64,000 nucleotides of DNA. Source: an uncultured delta proteobacterium. GTDB lineage: Bacteria; Myxococcota; UBA727; VGSZ01. Each line of letters starts with the position of its first letter. Position 1 is the first letter of the stretch. Position numbers and translations under genes: made by a program. The notes below the pieces were generated by a model, which was not told the DNA's origin, made no database searches, and saw only the letters and a list, made by a program, of their open reading frames with translations. Below are positions 10,199 through 19,328 of this stretch, in pieces. The DNA lies in contig CAVZJB010000003.1 of the NCBI GenBank assembly GCA_963775425.1, forward strand, positions 384,001 through 448,000, read 5' to 3'.

Positions 10199-11263
10199 TC
10201 AGGGGAACAGGCAGCCGTCCAAGCCGCTGCGGAGCTGCCCGCACGTCCCCCCGAGGGCGGCGCAGTCGACGTCCTTCTCGCTTCCGTTGGCGCAGATCGT
10301 GAGAACGTCGCCGGTGCACACGTCGGTGTGGCCGAAGTCGCAAGCTGTGGACGGGGCCTGGCAAGCGAAGAAGCCGCCGCCGCCGGCGCAGACGCGGCCG
10401 AACGCAGCGCAGTCGACGCGGACCTCGGTTGGCGCGGTGCAAGCGACGACGACGTTGCCGTCGCAGCTCGCACCGTCGGCGGCGCAGGTGCCGATCACCG
10501 GCGGCAAGCAGGTGGCGTTCACAGATCCGGCGAAGTTGAAGTCGGCGCAGGTGAGATCGCCGCAGCTCTGGTTGGCGACGACGCCGTTGTTGCACCGATC
10601 GATGCGCGTGCCGTCGGCGGAGCAGGCGAAGCTCGTGCCGGTGCAGGTGCCGACACACCCCTGTGCGTTGCTGCACGTCTCGCCGAGCGCTCCGCAGTCG
10701 CGCGCCTGCGCGAACCCGTCTGCCGTCCTGCACGGCAGGCGGAGGACGTCGCCGTCGCAGGTGAACGTCGTCGTATCGGCGGTGGGGCAGGCTGTAGCGA
10801 CTCCTGCGTCGGCGACGCACTGCCGGTAGTCCGTGCAGGTCGATGGCCCCGCGAGCGCGCAGTCGCGGAAGACGTCGAAGTGGGGGTTGTTGCCGACATT
10901 CGTGGTGAGCTCGAGCTCGTCCGTGATGTACGCCTCGAGGCACGAGCTGTTGTCGACGTTGGGGGCGATGCCGCCGTTGCCGGTCTCGGGATCAAAGCAG
11001 GCCTCCGCCCACAAACACGCGCCGATGGCATCGTCGAGCAACGGCGTCGCACCGTCGCCTTCGCCTTCACCTTCACCTTCACCTTCACCTTCACCTTCAC
11101 CTTCACCTTCACCTTCACCTTCACCTTCACCTTCACCTTCACCTTCACCTTCACCTTCACCTTCACCCTCACCCTCGCCGCTGGACGAAGGCGGACATGC
11201 GGAGAGCAGAAAGACAGACGACATCCCGAGGAGCAGCGAAAGCGTGATGATGGGTTTGCCCAT
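10199..11263 (-). CDS. Cys-rich lipoprotein with (GE)20 linker
   Basis: Lipobox LSAC, then a GE tract, then repeated C.G..C modules of about 35-40 aa ending in DC...G..C. Confidence 0.88.
   Translation of the reverse strand: MGKPIITLSLLLGMSSVFLLSACPPSSSGEGEGEGEGEGEGEGEGEGEGEGEGEGEGEGEGEGEGEGEGDGATPLLDDAIGACLWAEACFDPETGNGGIAPNVDNSSCLEAYITDELELTTNVGNNPHFDVFRDCALAGPSTCTDYRQCVADAGVATACPTADTTTFTCDGDVLRLPCRTADGFAQARDCGALGETCSNAQGCVGTCTGTSFACSADGTRIDRCNNGVVANQSCGDLTCADFNFAGSVNATCLPPVIGTCAADGASCDGNVVVACTAPTEVRVDCAAFGRVCAGGGGFFACQAPSTACDFGHTDVCTGDVLTICANGSEKDVDCAALGGTCGQLRSGLDGCLFP
11060..11179 (-). repeat. (Gly-Glu)20 coding tract containing 17 perfect 6-bp units
   Basis: CCTTCA x17 at 11064-11165 on the + strand. 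Confidence 0.95.
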
Positions 11264-11473
11264 GGCTTGGAACTGTACGACGGCGACGCGCCACCGACGC
11301 GCGAGCGCGCCCGCTGCGTTGAAATGAGTCAGGCGTCAGCGCCGCGATCGACGATGACGCGAAAAACGCCACGGCGTCATCGGCGTGAGCCCGTCACCGA
11401 TGAGCGGCGCTGTCATCAGATCCTACGCGGCGCTCGCGATGTCGCTCGACCGCGTCAGGCTGCCGTCGGTCGC

Positions 11474-11513
11474 TCGACACCGCACCGGCTCGCGGCCGGC
11501 CTCAGCAGAGCCT
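11474..11513 (+). repeat. 40-bp direct repeat, copy 2
   Basis: TCGACACCGCACCGGCTCGCGGCCGGCCTCAGCAGAGCCT, with an internal hairpin CCGGC-TCGCG-GCCGG. Confidence 0.9.
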
Positions 11514-11595
11514 ATCGGCCGCGCTGGACAAGACGACCGACATCGCGGATTCGTGCGCGCGCGTGCTCCGCTCCCGTTCGAGCGGCGCGGATAGC

Positions 11596-12687
11596 TCAGG
11601 CGCGCGCGGTGGTGTCGTCGCTGAACACGGCGCCGGCGCCGGCGCCTCCCGCGGCGGCGGCGACGTCGGCGGCGACGTCGTCGAGGACGGCGCGGACGTC
11701 GGCGGCGCTCTGCTTCAGGCAGCCGTGCACCTTCAGCGTGACGACGAGCTTGCCGCGCCACGTGAGCATCCCGCACGCCACGGGGCCGCGGCGACCGACG
11801 GGCGGCATCATGCACCACGCGGCGTCGTCGTCGGGCGAGTCGGCGTCTTCGTCTCCGCGAGGCGCGGCGGCGCCCGCCGGCGGCCACGCGCCGACGTTGG
11901 TGACGAAGCCGAACACCGTGCGCCGCGGATCGAAGCGCGCGCTCATGCGTCGCACGCGCTCCTCGCGGAAGCGCTTGGCGACGTCGATGAACAACTGCGT
12001 GCCCCAGTGATAGTCCGACGACAGCATGTGCTTGAGCGACGCGTGCACCGCCGCCGGCTGCTGCGCCTCGGGGAACGGCAGGAGCACCGAGGTCACGCGG
12101 TTTTCGTAGATCTTCTCCGTGGGCGACGTGCGCATGTTGACGGGCACCATCCACCGGCGCGGGCTCTCCTGCGTAAGGAAGCGGGCGGCGGCGTGGCGGT
12201 CGAGCGAGGCGAGGATGCCCGACGTCGTCGACGCGCCCTGGCGCGCGAGGGCCTGCGCGAAGGCCGTGGTGCGCGCGCGATCGAAGAGCGCCACCGCCAC
12301 CGCCGGCCACGCCCCCTTCACCTCCCACGCCGGCTCTTCGCGAAACGTGCTCGGCCACCCGCGCACCTCACCGATGTAGCGCAGGAGCAAGAGCAGGCGT
12401 CGAAGCCGCGAGGGCCGCGACGGGTGCCGGAGCGCGGGCATGGACGGGACGGTGAAGCCGCGACTCTCGAGGATGGCGGTGAAGGCGCCCACGCCGTCGT
12501 GGACCTCGTGGCGCACCAGCTCTTCGTCGACGACGGCCCCACCCATGCGATAGCGCTTGAACAGGATGTCCATCGGCTCGCCGGCCTGTTCGAGCACGCG
12601 ATAGCGCTTGCCCGGCCAGCCGAGGGCGTCGAAGGGGACCTCGTGGGCGCGCGCGTGGCGGATGAGCGCGGCCGAAGCCGTGGTCAC
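11596..12687 (-). CDS. CoA-dependent acyltransferase/condensation-fold protein (HxxxDG)
   Basis: RHEVHDGVG catalytic-type motif, MVPVNMR and FVTNVG. GTG start overlaps the JmjC stop (GTGA). Confidence 0.6.
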   Translation of the reverse strand: MTTASAALIRHARAHEVPFDALGWPGKRYRVLEQAGEPMDILFKRYRMGGAVVDEELVRHEVHDGVGAFTAILESRGFTVPSMPALRHPSRPSRLRRLLLLLRYIGEVRGWPSTFREEPAWEVKGAWPAVAVALFDRARTTAFAQALARQGASTTSGILASLDRHAAARFLTQESPRRWMVPVNMRTSPTEKIYENRVTSVLLPFPEAQQPAAVHASLKHMLSSDYHWGTQLFIDVAKRFREERVRRMSARFDPRRTVFGFVTNVGAWPPAGAAAPRGDEDADSPDDDAAWCMMPPVGRRGPVACGMLTWRGKLVVTLKVHGCLKQSAADVRAVLDDVAADVAAAAGGAGAGAVFSDDTTARA

Positions 12688-13526
12688 GACAGGCGTTCCT
12701 GCAGTTGGGGCCACGTACGCGGCGCCAGGCGGCTGAGGGCGTCGGAGACGGCGCCGACCGCGAGCTGTCCGAGGACGCGGGCGGCGACGAAGCGCGCGCC
12801 CTCGGTGAAGCGCTGCGTGAACGCGATGCTCGGCTCGTGATAGCGCACGTCGTGCCAGACGCCGGCCGGCATGTAGAGCGTGTCACCGCGGTCGATGACC
12901 ACGCGCCAGCCCTGGATGCCGCGCAGGCGGGGGAAGCGCTCGAAGTCCGGCGCGTGGGGGTTCACGGGGCTGCGCGCGGTGAACGCCGGGCGGTGCAGCG
13001 CGTGCGACTGGCTCTGGGGAAACAAGCAAACGGTCTTCTTGCCGAGGAAGCAGGTGTGCAGCACGTGGAACGGGCCGAAGTCGAAGTGCAGGGGCGTGCG
13101 CGCGGTCCGCGTACCGAAGAACAACCACAGCAGGCGCCGGGACCAGCCGCGGCCGAGGTCGGGGAAGGCGTAGTCGCCTTCGAGCGCCTGCGCGAGCTCG
13201 AGGGTGTGGCGCGCGCCGAGGCGCAGATCCTCGTCGCTGGTCATGATCTTCGCGATGTACTCGCGCATGGTCATCTCGACGAGGCCGCCGTAGTGGGCGC
13301 GGTGGCCGCCGCCCTCCACGGGGATCTTGCTGTTCTTCACGATCACGGGCTTGTCACCGAAGCGCTCGCCGAAGAACCCCGGCGTCCACTTCGACCACGC
13401 CGGCCATTGCGTCGCGAGGCCGCGGATGACCACGGGCTTGCCGGGCTTCACGAAGCGCTCGACGAAGTCCTCGCGGCTGATGGCGTCGACACGCTCGACG
13501 TCGTCGAGTGGCAGGAGCTGGTCCAT
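12684..13526 (-). CDS. JmjC/cupin-like 2-oxoglutarate-Fe(II) oxygenase
   Basis: KPVVIRGLA..WPAW.KWT, TPLHFD, G.K...LFP and GDTLYMPAGVWHDV, giving an H-x-D...H triad; ATG at 13526. Confidence 0.9.
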   Translation of the reverse strand: MDQLLPLDDVERVDAISREDFVERFVKPGKPVVIRGLATQWPAWSKWTPGFFGERFGDKPVIVKNSKIPVEGGGHRAHYGGLVEMTMREYIAKIMTSDEDLRLGARHTLELAQALEGDYAFPDLGRGWSRRLLWLFFGTRTARTPLHFDFGPFHVLHTCFLGKKTVCLFPQSQSHALHRPAFTARSPVNPHAPDFERFPRLRGIQGWRVVIDRGDTLYMPAGVWHDVRYHEPSIAFTQRFTEGARFVAARVLGQLAVGAVSDALSRLAPRTWPQLQERLS

Positions 13527-13633
13527 GGCGCGATAGCGTATTGCCGCGCGCCCAGACCGCGCAGCGCCGATCTCGCGGTGCAGCATCGGACGATCGTCGA
13601 AGGTGCGGTTCGCCCCGAGCGCCCCACGTCGAT

Positions 13634-14650
13634 TTACAGGGTCTGGAGCAAGCGCCTCGCGGCGTTCGGCATGCCGGTGGCGTCGTAGCAGCGCGCGAGC
13701 GTCGCCCGCGCCAGCGCGCGCGCCGCGGCCGCGCCGTCTTCGAGGACGTTGTCGAGCTCGCGACGCCCGGCGTCCGACGACATGAGCTCCTTGTAGCGGC
13801 CGCGGGCGTCGCCGAAGCGCGCGTCCATCTTCTCCATGATGGCGCCCTTGAGCGCGCCGTAGCCGACGCCGCCCTTCTCGATGCGCGTCTCCCAATCGGT
13901 GCGCTCGCCTTCGTCGAGGAAGAGCTTGAGGATGTGATAGACGTTCAGGCCCGCCGGGTCCTTGGGCTCCTCGGGCGGGCGCGAATCGGTGACGATGGCG
14001 TTGACGGCCTTCTTGAGGGCCTTGCCCTCCTCGAAGATCCAGATGGTGTTGTTGTAGCTCTTGGACATCTTGTCGCCGTCGGTGCCCGGGACCTTCGGCG
14101 TCGACGACAGCTTCCACTCCGGCCGCCGCAGGATCTCCCCGGCGTACGCCGTGTTGAAGTGCGTGACCATGTCCTGCGCCATCTCGATGTGCTGCACCTG
14201 GTCCTGACCCACCGGGACCACATCGCTGTCGTAGATGATGATGTCGGCGGCCATGAGCACGGGGTAGGTGAACAGGCCCACGTTGGCCTTCTGCCCCTTG
14301 GCGACCTTGTCCTTGTACGCGTGCGCCCGCTCGAGGAGCCCCATGCCCGTCACAGTGGACAGGAGCCACGTGAGCTCGGTGACCTCGGGGACGTCGCTTT
14401 GGCGAAAGAAGACCGCGCGGTGCGTGTCGAGCCCGAGGGAGACGTAGGTGGCGGCGACGGCGCGGACGTTCTCCTCGAGGACGCGCCTGTCCTGGATGGC
14501 GTTGAGCGCGTGGAGGTCGGCGATGAAAAACAGCGCGTCCCTGGCCTCCCGCGACGCCGCGCGCGAGGTCTGGATGTGTTGCTCGATGGCGCCGAAGTAG
14601 TTGCCGAGGTGGGGCAGACCGGTGGGCTGGATGCCGGAGAGCGTTCTCAT
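13634..14650 (-). CDS. trpS: Tryptophan--tRNA ligase
   Basis: SGIQPTG.PHLGNY, YPVLMAADI, VPVGQDQ.QH and KMSKSY. Confidence 0.98.
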   Translation of the reverse strand: MRTLSGIQPTGLPHLGNYFGAIEQHIQTSRAASREARDALFFIADLHALNAIQDRRVLEENVRAVAATYVSLGLDTHRAVFFRQSDVPEVTELTWLLSTVTGMGLLERAHAYKDKVAKGQKANVGLFTYPVLMAADIIIYDSDVVPVGQDQVQHIEMAQDMVTHFNTAYAGEILRRPEWKLSSTPKVPGTDGDKMSKSYNNTIWIFEEGKALKKAVNAIVTDSRPPEEPKDPAGLNVYHILKLFLDEGERTDWETRIEKGGVGYGALKGAIMEKMDARFGDARGRYKELMSSDAGRRELDNVLEDGAAAARALARATLARCYDATGMPNAARRLLQTL

Positions 14651-15213
14651 GGGACGGGGTTACCGCCTTCTGGCTGCGGAGGCTGCGGGGGAACGGAGTC
14701 GGGCGGGGGCGTCCCGGCGGGCGGCTCGGGGGGCAGCGGCGGCGGGTTCGGGTCGAGGTCTTCCGGGATGAGCCAACTGTCCGTCGGCTGCAGGAACCCC
14801 TTGGGTCTGAGCGTGATCTTCACGCGCTCGGGGTAGCGCTGCAAAAACACCAAGGACAGGAGCGTCGGGCTCGTGATCAACGCCCAGCCGACCGTGATCA
14901 CCGGTCCGATGAAGGGGATGACCACGAACGGCACGGCCAGGAACGGGGTGACCGCGAGGATGGCGGGCCACAGGAACCACTCGCTCTGGGTGACCGTCAC
15001 CGTCGCCGTCTCGTAGCTCTCCGCGTCGGCGGTGACGTGCAGCCGGCCGCCCGTGGACGTGTACTGGGTGGTCACCACCGGCGACTCGCCGACCGACTTT
15101 CCGTCGATGGCGATGTTTGCCCCGGGGGGCTCCGTCTCGATGATCATCGTGTGCGCGCAGCCGCTCGCCCCAAGGACGGCAAGGACGACGACGGAGAGGC
15201 TCGCGCGAACCAT
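14647..15213 (-). CDS. PEGA-domain lipoprotein/membrane protein
   Basis: Lipobox ASGC, IETEPPGANIAIDGKSVGESP, hydrophobic hairpin and Pro-rich tail. Confidence 0.75.
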   Translation of the reverse strand: MVRASLSVVVLAVLGASGCAHTMIIETEPPGANIAIDGKSVGESPVVTTQYTSTGGRLHVTADAESYETATVTVTQSEWFLWPAILAVTPFLAVPFVVIPFIGPVITVGWALITSPTLLSLVFLQRYPERVKITLRPKGFLQPTDSWLIPEDLDPNPPPLPPEPPAGTPPPDSVPPQPPQPEGGNPVP

Positions 15214-15237
15214 GATCAACCCGTATAACGCGCCGGC

Positions 15238-17154
15238 ATGCCATGGTCGAAAATCCCGCGGTGGGTGCTCGCCGTCCTCTCCGGGCTGCTCCTCGGGCTC
15301 TCGCAACCCCTCGTCATCGAGAGCCTCGGTGACAATCCCATCGACAAAAGCGGCCTCACCGGCTGCCTCGCCCTCGTCGGCCTCGTCCCGGTCCTCCTCG
15401 CCATCCGCGGCGCGGGACCCAAGAAGGCGTACTGGCTCGGCTTCCTCACGTGCTTCGTGCAGTTCACCATCAACGTGCAGTGGCTCGTCGTGGCCATGGT
15501 GGTGTTCGGCCGCATCCCGCTCGTCATCTCCTGGCTCATCCTCGCCTTGCTCACGTCGGCCATGGCCGGCTACGTCGCCGCCGCCTGGGCCGTCACCCGC
15601 ATGCTCGCCGGGCGCTTCTCCTTCCCCATGTGGCTCGTGTTCCCCGCCGCGCTCACCACGGCGGAGCTCCTCAGGAACTTCGGGCCGCTCGGCGGCTTTC
15701 CGTGGGGGAACATCGGCACGTCGTTCGCGACGGTGCCGCTGTTGTTGCAGCCGGCGGCGCTGTTCGGCGTGCACGGGCTGGTGTTCTGTGCGGCGCTCGT
15801 GTCGTCGTCGCTCGCCGAGTTCATCGCCGCGCGCAACAAGCGCGCGCTCGCCGTGTTCGTCGGCGTCCTCGCCTGCTGGATCGGCTACGGCGCCGTGCGG
15901 CTGAGCACCGAGCCCTCGGCGCCCACGGTGCGCGTGGGGCTGCTGCAGGGCAACATCGAGCAGGGCATCCGAAACGACGTCCCGTGGACGGGCCGGAAGA
16001 TCCTCGAGCGCTACCACACGCTCTCCGACGAGGCCGTCGAGAAGGGCGCGCAGATCGTGGTGTGGCCGGAGGCGGCGTTCCCGCTGCAGCTGCCGCGCAA
16101 GCTCACGCAGCTCAAGGACCTGGCGGGGCACCTGGTGCCGCGGGCGGCCGTGGTCGGCGCCGTCGGCTACGAGCACGGCGTGCACAGCAACTCGGCGTAC
16201 ATCATCGGCGCCGACGAGCGCGTCGTCGGGCGCGTCGACAAGACCCACCTCGTCCCGTTCGGCGAGTACGTGCCGTGGCCGCTCGGCGCGCTCGTGCGCC
16301 AGCTCGTCCCCATCGGCGGCACGCAGCCGGGCGAGGGCTACCACGGCATCCCGGTGACGGTGACGACGTCGGCGGGCGACCGTGAGCTCAAGCTCGGCAC
16401 CACCATCTGCTACGAGGGCATCTTCCCCGAGATCGCGCGCAACCTCCGGAAGGGAGGCGCGGAGCTCCACGTCAACATCACCAACGACGGCTGGTACGGC
16501 ATCTCCGGCGCCCCTACGCAGCACCTCGACTTCTACGCGCTGCGCGCCGTCGAGAGCGGGATGCCCGTGGTCCGCGCGGCCAACACCGGCAAGTCGGCGT
16601 GGGTGGACACGCGCGGGCGCATCCACGACGCCACCGCCATCTACACCGACCGCGCCGTCGTCGCCGACGTCCCGCTCGTCCTCGAAGACACGCTGTTCGT
16701 TGCGCTCGGCGAGTGGCTGAGCGTGCCGTGCGCCGTGTTCATCCTCGCCGCCTGGTTCTTGTCGATGCTCGGCGGCGACGTCGTGCGCCGCAAGCGCGCC
16801 AGGCTCGACGCCGTCCTCGGCTACGGCGGCGTCGCCGTCGCCGTAGCCGGCACCGTGACCTACTTCGCCATGGGCAGCCTGCACGCCGACGAGGCCAACG
16901 CCACGCGCTTCCTCGTGCTCGTGCTCTTCGGCTTGTTGATCGGGCTCGGGGCGCTGTCGGGGCGCCCGTGGGGGCGCAAGGCGCAGATGGTCGTGGGCGT
17001 CGTGATGTCGCTCGTCGGCCTCGTGTCCACGCTCGTGTGGACCCCGATCATGCTCCTGTCGCTCGTGTTCGGCACCGCGCTGTTCGCGGTTCAGCTCAGC
17101 CGCAAAGACGCGTACACCCGCAACGTCGACCCACTTGTCCAAGCGGACGCGTGA
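15238..17154 (+). CDS. lnt: Apolipoprotein N-acyltransferase, with extra C-terminal TM helices
   Basis: GGFPW, QGNI, VVWPEAA, K.HLVPFGEYVP, ICYEGIFP, NITNDGWYG and RAVE..VRAANTG.S. Confidence 0.96.
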   Translation: MPWSKIPRWVLAVLSGLLLGLSQPLVIESLGDNPIDKSGLTGCLALVGLVPVLLAIRGAGPKKAYWLGFLTCFVQFTINVQWLVVAMVVFGRIPLVISWLILALLTSAMAGYVAAAWAVTRMLAGRFSFPMWLVFPAALTTAELLRNFGPLGGFPWGNIGTSFATVPLLLQPAALFGVHGLVFCAALVSSSLAEFIAARNKRALAVFVGVLACWIGYGAVRLSTEPSAPTVRVGLLQGNIEQGIRNDVPWTGRKILERYHTLSDEAVEKGAQIVVWPEAAFPLQLPRKLTQLKDLAGHLVPRAAVVGAVGYEHGVHSNSAYIIGADERVVGRVDKTHLVPFGEYVPWPLGALVRQLVPIGGTQPGEGYHGIPVTVTTSAGDRELKLGTTICYEGIFPEIARNLRKGGAELHVNITNDGWYGISGAPTQHLDFYALRAVESGMPVVRAANTGKSAWVDTRGRIHDATAIYTDRAVVADVPLVLEDTLFVALGEWLSVPCAVFILAAWFLSMLGGDVVRRKRARLDAVLGYGGVAVAVAGTVTYFAMGSLHADEANATRFLVLVLFGLLIGLGALSGRPWGRKAQMVVGVVMSLVGLVSTLVWTPIMLLSLVFGTALFAVQLSRKDAYTRNVDPLVQADA

Positions 17155-17172
17155 CGCCACATTGATGGACCC

Positions 17173-18288
17173 ATGACCGCCGCGAACATCGCCGACGACA
17201 TCAAGCGCGCGCTGGACGATCTGAGCGCCCGCCTCGACTCCCTCGAGCTGCCGCTCGACATCCAGCAGAAGCGGCACCGCATCGCCGACCTCGACGACAA
17301 GATGAGCGCGCCAGACTTCTGGAACGCGCCGGACAAGGCGCAGGTGGTGCAGAAGGAGCGCACCAAGCTCGACACCGCCGTGAAGAGCTTCACGGGCGCC
17401 CGCAAGTCGGTGCAGGACCTGCGCGAGCTCCTCGAGATGGCGGGCGAGGACGAGGCCACGCTGCACGACATCGAGGCCGACCTGAAGAAGGTCGACGAAG
17501 ACGTGCGCGGGCTCGAGCTGCAGCGCATGCTGCGCGGCCCCAACGACGGCAACGACGCCATCGTCACGATCAACGTCGGCCAGGGCGGCGCGGACGCGCA
17601 GGAGTTCTCCGAGATGCTCCTGCGCATGTACAAGCGCTACGGCGAGCGAAAGGGCTTCACCGTCGAGGTGGCCGACGTCATCCCGGCGGAGCCGTCCGGC
17701 ATCAAGAGCGCCGTGCTCATCGTGCGCGGGCAAAACGCCTTCGGCTTCATGAAGGCGGAGATCGGGGTGCACCGGCTGGTGCGCATGTCGCCGTTTTCGG
17801 GGAGGCGCGAGACGAGCTTCGCCGGCGTCTCGGTGGCGCCCGACGTCTCCGACGACATCGAGATCGTCCTGAACCCCGCCGACCTCGAGATCTCCACCAT
17901 GCGCTCCGGTGGCGCCGGCGGCCAGCACGTGAACAAGACCGAGTCCGCGGTGCAGGTGATGCACAAGCCCTCGGGCATCTTCGTCCGCAGCGAGCAGCAA
18001 AGGAGCCAGCTCCAGAACAAGGAGATGGCGCTGAAGCTCTTGAAGGCGCGCCTGTACGAGCGCGAATTGCAGCGGCGCCTCGAGGAGAAGGACAAGGCGC
18101 TCGCGGAGAAGATGAAGGCGAGCTTCGGCTCGCAGATCAGAAACTACGTCCTCGCGCCGTACCGCCTGGCCAAGGACTTGCGCTCCGGCTACGAGTCCGG
18201 CAACGTCGACGCCGTCCTCGACGGCGAGCTGCAGGGCTTCATCGAGGCGTACCTGCTCAGCGAAGAGGCGCAGCAGGCCAAGGTTTGA
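17173..18288 (+). CDS. prfB: Peptide chain release factor 2, uninterrupted ORF
   Basis: [12 protein letters not shown] (SPF), [15 protein letters not shown] and FGSQIRNYV. Confidence 0.97.
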   Translation: MTAANIADDIKRALDDLSARLDSLELPLDIQQKRHRIADLDDKMSAPDFWNAPDKAQVVQKERTKLDTAVKSFTGARKSVQDLRELLEMAGEDEATLHDIEADLKKVDEDVRGLELQRMLRGPNDGNDAIVTINVGQGGADAQEFSEMLLRMYKRYGERKGFTVEVADVIPAEPSGIKSAVLIVRGQNAFGFMKAEIGVHRLVRMSPFSGRRETSFAGVSVAPDVSDDIEIVLNPADLEISTMRSGGAGGQHVNKTESAVQVMHKPSGIFVRSEQQRSQLQNKEMALKLLKARLYERELQRRLEEKDKALAEKMKASFGSQIRNYVLAPYRLAKDLRSGYESGNVDAVLDGELQGFIEAYLLSEEAQQAKV

Positions 18289-18322
18289 CGGGGCTCTGCC
18301 CCAGGTCTTCGTCGCGCGTCTC

Positions 18323-19177
18323 TCAGCGGCGCGGGTGACGCGGCGGGGGCAGGGGTGGCGGCGCGTGCTCGTCGATGAGGCCGCCGGCGATGGCGCCGCC
18401 GACGGCGCCGCCCACGGCTGCGCCGGCGGCGCCCCCGGTGGCGGCGGCGACGATGAGGTCGAAGGACGCCGTCGACGGGCTCGCGCGCGCGTCGGATCCC
18501 AGGAGGAGCCCGATGAGCGCCCCCGTCCCGAAGCCGGCGGCGGCGCCGACGCCGGAGCCGGCGGTGGCCCACGTGACGTCGCTCGAGGAGCCGCCCGACA
18601 TGGGGCCCGCGCACGGGTCGCCGCAATTGCCGCAGCCGGTGCCGACGGAGAGGCCGCCGAAGCTGCCCAGGACGGCGGCGCCGAGGACGAGGCAGCCGAT
18701 GGCGGTGCAGGCGGCGACGGAGCCCCAGTCCTCGACCTTGGGGTTGTCGACCAAGAACGCCACTACGCTCGAGCCGCCGAAGAACGCCGACAGCGCCGGC
18801 ATCGCCGCCGCCGCGACGAGGACGAGCACGTCGGTGGGCGCGCCGGGCACGGCGACGCCGTACACGAGGACGGCGCCGCCGAGCGCGGCGCCGAGGATGG
18901 CGCCGGTGCCGCCGGCGAGGGCGCCGCGCACCGCGCCGGGGAGGGCGTGCTGCACGACGACGGGCGCGTGCGCGTCGGGCTTGGGCGCCGCGTGCGCCGC
19001 GGGCGCCGCGGGCGCGGGGGCGGCGGCGGGGTCTTCGCGGGGCGTGACGGGGACGGGCTCCGCCGGATCCTGGGGCTGCAGGATCGGCGGCGGGGGCGGC
19101 ACGCCGGGCGGATCGGCGAGGGCACGGCCCGACGCCACGGCGATCACCAGCAGCGAGATCTGGACGGCGCGCGACAC
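18323..19177 (-). CDS. Gly/Ala-rich multi-pass membrane protein with signal peptide
   Basis: GTG at about 19177, signal peptide, Pro-rich linker, several GxxxG helices and a CGNCGDPC loop. Confidence 0.6.
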   Translation of the reverse strand: MSRAVQISLLVIAVASGRALADPPGVPPPPPILQPQDPAEPVPVTPREDPAAAPAPAAPAAHAAPKPDAHAPVVVQHALPGAVRGALAGGTGAILGAALGGAVLVYGVAVPGAPTDVLVLVAAAAMPALSAFFGGSSVVAFLVDNPKVEDWGSVAACTAIGCLVLGAAVLGSFGGLSVGTGCGNCGDPCAGPMSGGSSSDVTWATAGSGVGAAAGFGTGALIGLLLGSDARASPSTASFDLIVAAATGGAAGAAVGGAVGGAIAGGLIDEHAPPPLPPPRHPRR

Positions 19178-19328
19178 GCTCCGACCGTAGCGGATCCGGC
19201 GGATCGGCGCCGGCTCGCCGGCCGTTGCATCCAGGAGCGGCGATCCGCGGCCGCGCCGATCGTCGTCGGTCCCCGGCGCATTTGAGCGCCGAGGGGCCCG
19301 CGTGGTATTCGAGGGTTCCGGAGGGCGC

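Noticed and set aside
10519-11172. (VK)n, (FT)n and (SP)n ORFs
   Set aside because: They are alternate-frame readings of the GE microsatellite.
14647-18000. 1117-aa ORF as a single gene; likewise 45115-48483, 7715-10156 and 12684-14369
   Set aside because: Only the 3' parts encode recognisable proteins; the upstream parts overlap real genes, so the starts were trimmed.
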